Part shown: positions 59,877 to 60,705 of the stretch, in pieces
Numbering within the stretch: the stretch's first letter is position 1
Layout of the letters: every line of letters starts with the position of its first letter
Virus record (IMG/VR): IMGVR_UViG_3300024999_000109
Span: 1-60,705 of that record
DNA: 60,705 bases
Source: a virus
Lineage: Duplodnaviria > Caudoviricetes
Reading direction: 5' to 3' (one strand)
Made by a program: the position numbers and the translations under genes
The notes under the pieces: generated by a model
Told to the model about the DNA's origin: nothing
The model's database searches: none
Seen by the model: only the letters and a program-made list of their open reading frames with translations

Positions 59877-60356
59877 ATGACGACACAGGAGCAAGCATTC
59901 CTCGATATGATTGCCTGGTCCGAGATGGGGCCGGATATACTCAGGCAGTCAGACAACGGCTACAACATTCTAGCCGGGTCGCTGCCGTCGATGGTCCTGA
60001 CGTTTTCAAGCTACCACCGGCATCCTGGCGCACTGATAGACATGGACGGTAAGACAGGGGGATTGGAGTCAACTGCCGCCGGCAGATATCAAGTCCTTTC
60101 GAGGATCTACTACCACTATAAACGCCAACTCGTATTGCCTGATTTCTCGCCAGCCAGTCAAGACAAGATTGCCATGCAGTTGATCAAAGAATGCAGGGCA
60201 ATGGATGACATCAACGCGGGGCGGATCACCTCAGCAATCCATCGCGTTCGCTCTCGGTGGGCAAGTTTGCCGGGGGCCGGGTACGGACAGCACGAACAGA
60301 AACTCGTCAACCTGCTGAGGGAGTTCTCAATGGCAGGCGGAACAATAAACCAATAG
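59877..60356 (+). CDS. Endolysin, lambda R-like lytic transglycosylase
   Basis: AFLDMIAWSE; STAAGRYQ; DFSPASQD; WASLPGAGYGQ. Confidence 0.93.
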   Translation: MTTQEQAFLDMIAWSEMGPDILRQSDNGYNILAGSLPSMVLTFSSYHRHPGALIDMDGKTGGLESTAAGRYQVLSRIYYHYKRQLVLPDFSPASQDKIAMQLIKECRAMDDINAGRITSAIHRVRSRWASLPGAGYGQHEQKLVNLLREFSMAGGTINQ

Positions 60357-60365
60357 GAGCAAAAA

Positions 60366-60705
60366 ATGGCTGGATCATGGTCCCAACTTTCTTATCGCAC
60401 TGGAAGCCTCCACAATCGCACTCAATCGCTATTCGGCCTGGTAAAATCATTCGTCGCTGATCATACCGACGCATCGGTGCCGGCAGACGAGGAAATCCCC
60501 TACGTCACCGGGTTGCTCGCGGGGGTAGATGTTGTTTTCGGGACTCCCGCGCCTGACGCGGTTGTGGTGACGCTGAAAACCATCGACGGCATCACTCTGC
60601 ATACCAGCGCATCTCTCACGGCATCCGGCCGGGTTGAGATTATTCCGCACGTTCCGGTGTGTGGTGGGCTTAAAATCTCGGTGACGACGAACACCACGAT
60701 TGACG
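60366..60705 (+). CDS. Hypothetical beta-rich protein spanning the circular junction (ends at a TGA near position 170, overlapping the next ORF start)
   Basis: AGGAG then ATG 60366, MAGSWSQLSYRTG...; frame stays open through the overlap to ...IPLMFGDA*. Confidence 0.75.
   Translation, partial: MAGSWSQLSYRTGSLHNRTQSLFGLVKSFVADHTDASVPADEEIPYVTGLLAGVDVVFGTPAPDAVVVTLKTIDGITLHTSASLTASGRVEIIPHVPVCGGLKISVTTNTTID
60580..60705 (+). repeat. 126-bp terminal direct repeat, copy 2
   Basis: Identical to 6-131. Confidence 0.95.

Larger units (their letters stand above)
1..60705. mobile_element. Temperate podovirus-like phage genome, circularly permuted (~60,574 bp unit)
   Basis: Integrase, cI/cro, DnaB, terminase, portal, capsid, short-tail and endolysin genes; no tape measure or sheath recognised; terminal overlap. 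Confidence 0.93.

Overview
The window is a near-complete, circularly permuted genome of a temperate podovirus-like tailed phage, about 60.57 kb (bases 6-131 repeat exactly at 60580-60705, and one ORF reads through the join). Modules in order: integrase with a candidate attP (2.4-3.8 kb); a leftward accessory operon and a cI/cro switch with three TTGT-N6-ACAA operators (4-7 kb); an early region with DNA-modification, recombination and replication genes (PAPS-reductase family, C5 and N6/N4 methyltransferases, RuvC-like, Sak4-like ATPase, initiator with iterons, DnaB, two radical-SAM enzymes; 7-23 kb); three tRNAs (Tyr, Ser, Ser); packaging, head and short-tail genes (24-41 kb); a 3466-aa polyvalent ejection protein (42.8-53.2 kb); a block of signal-peptide and lipoprotein genes; and lysis genes. 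The most unusual observations: (1) fibre-like and virion-module proteins that carry Sec or lipoprotein signal peptides; (2) five small +1-frame ORFs, most with a ribosome-binding site, nested in the giant gene; (3) a C5 methyltransferase whose motifs are split between two overlapping frames; (4) accessory genes bounded by short direct repeats across stop/RBS/start junctions; (5) two homologous promoter-leader-terminator units in front of the two late modules. All family calls come from motif recognition by eye; no searches were run and the host is not determined.
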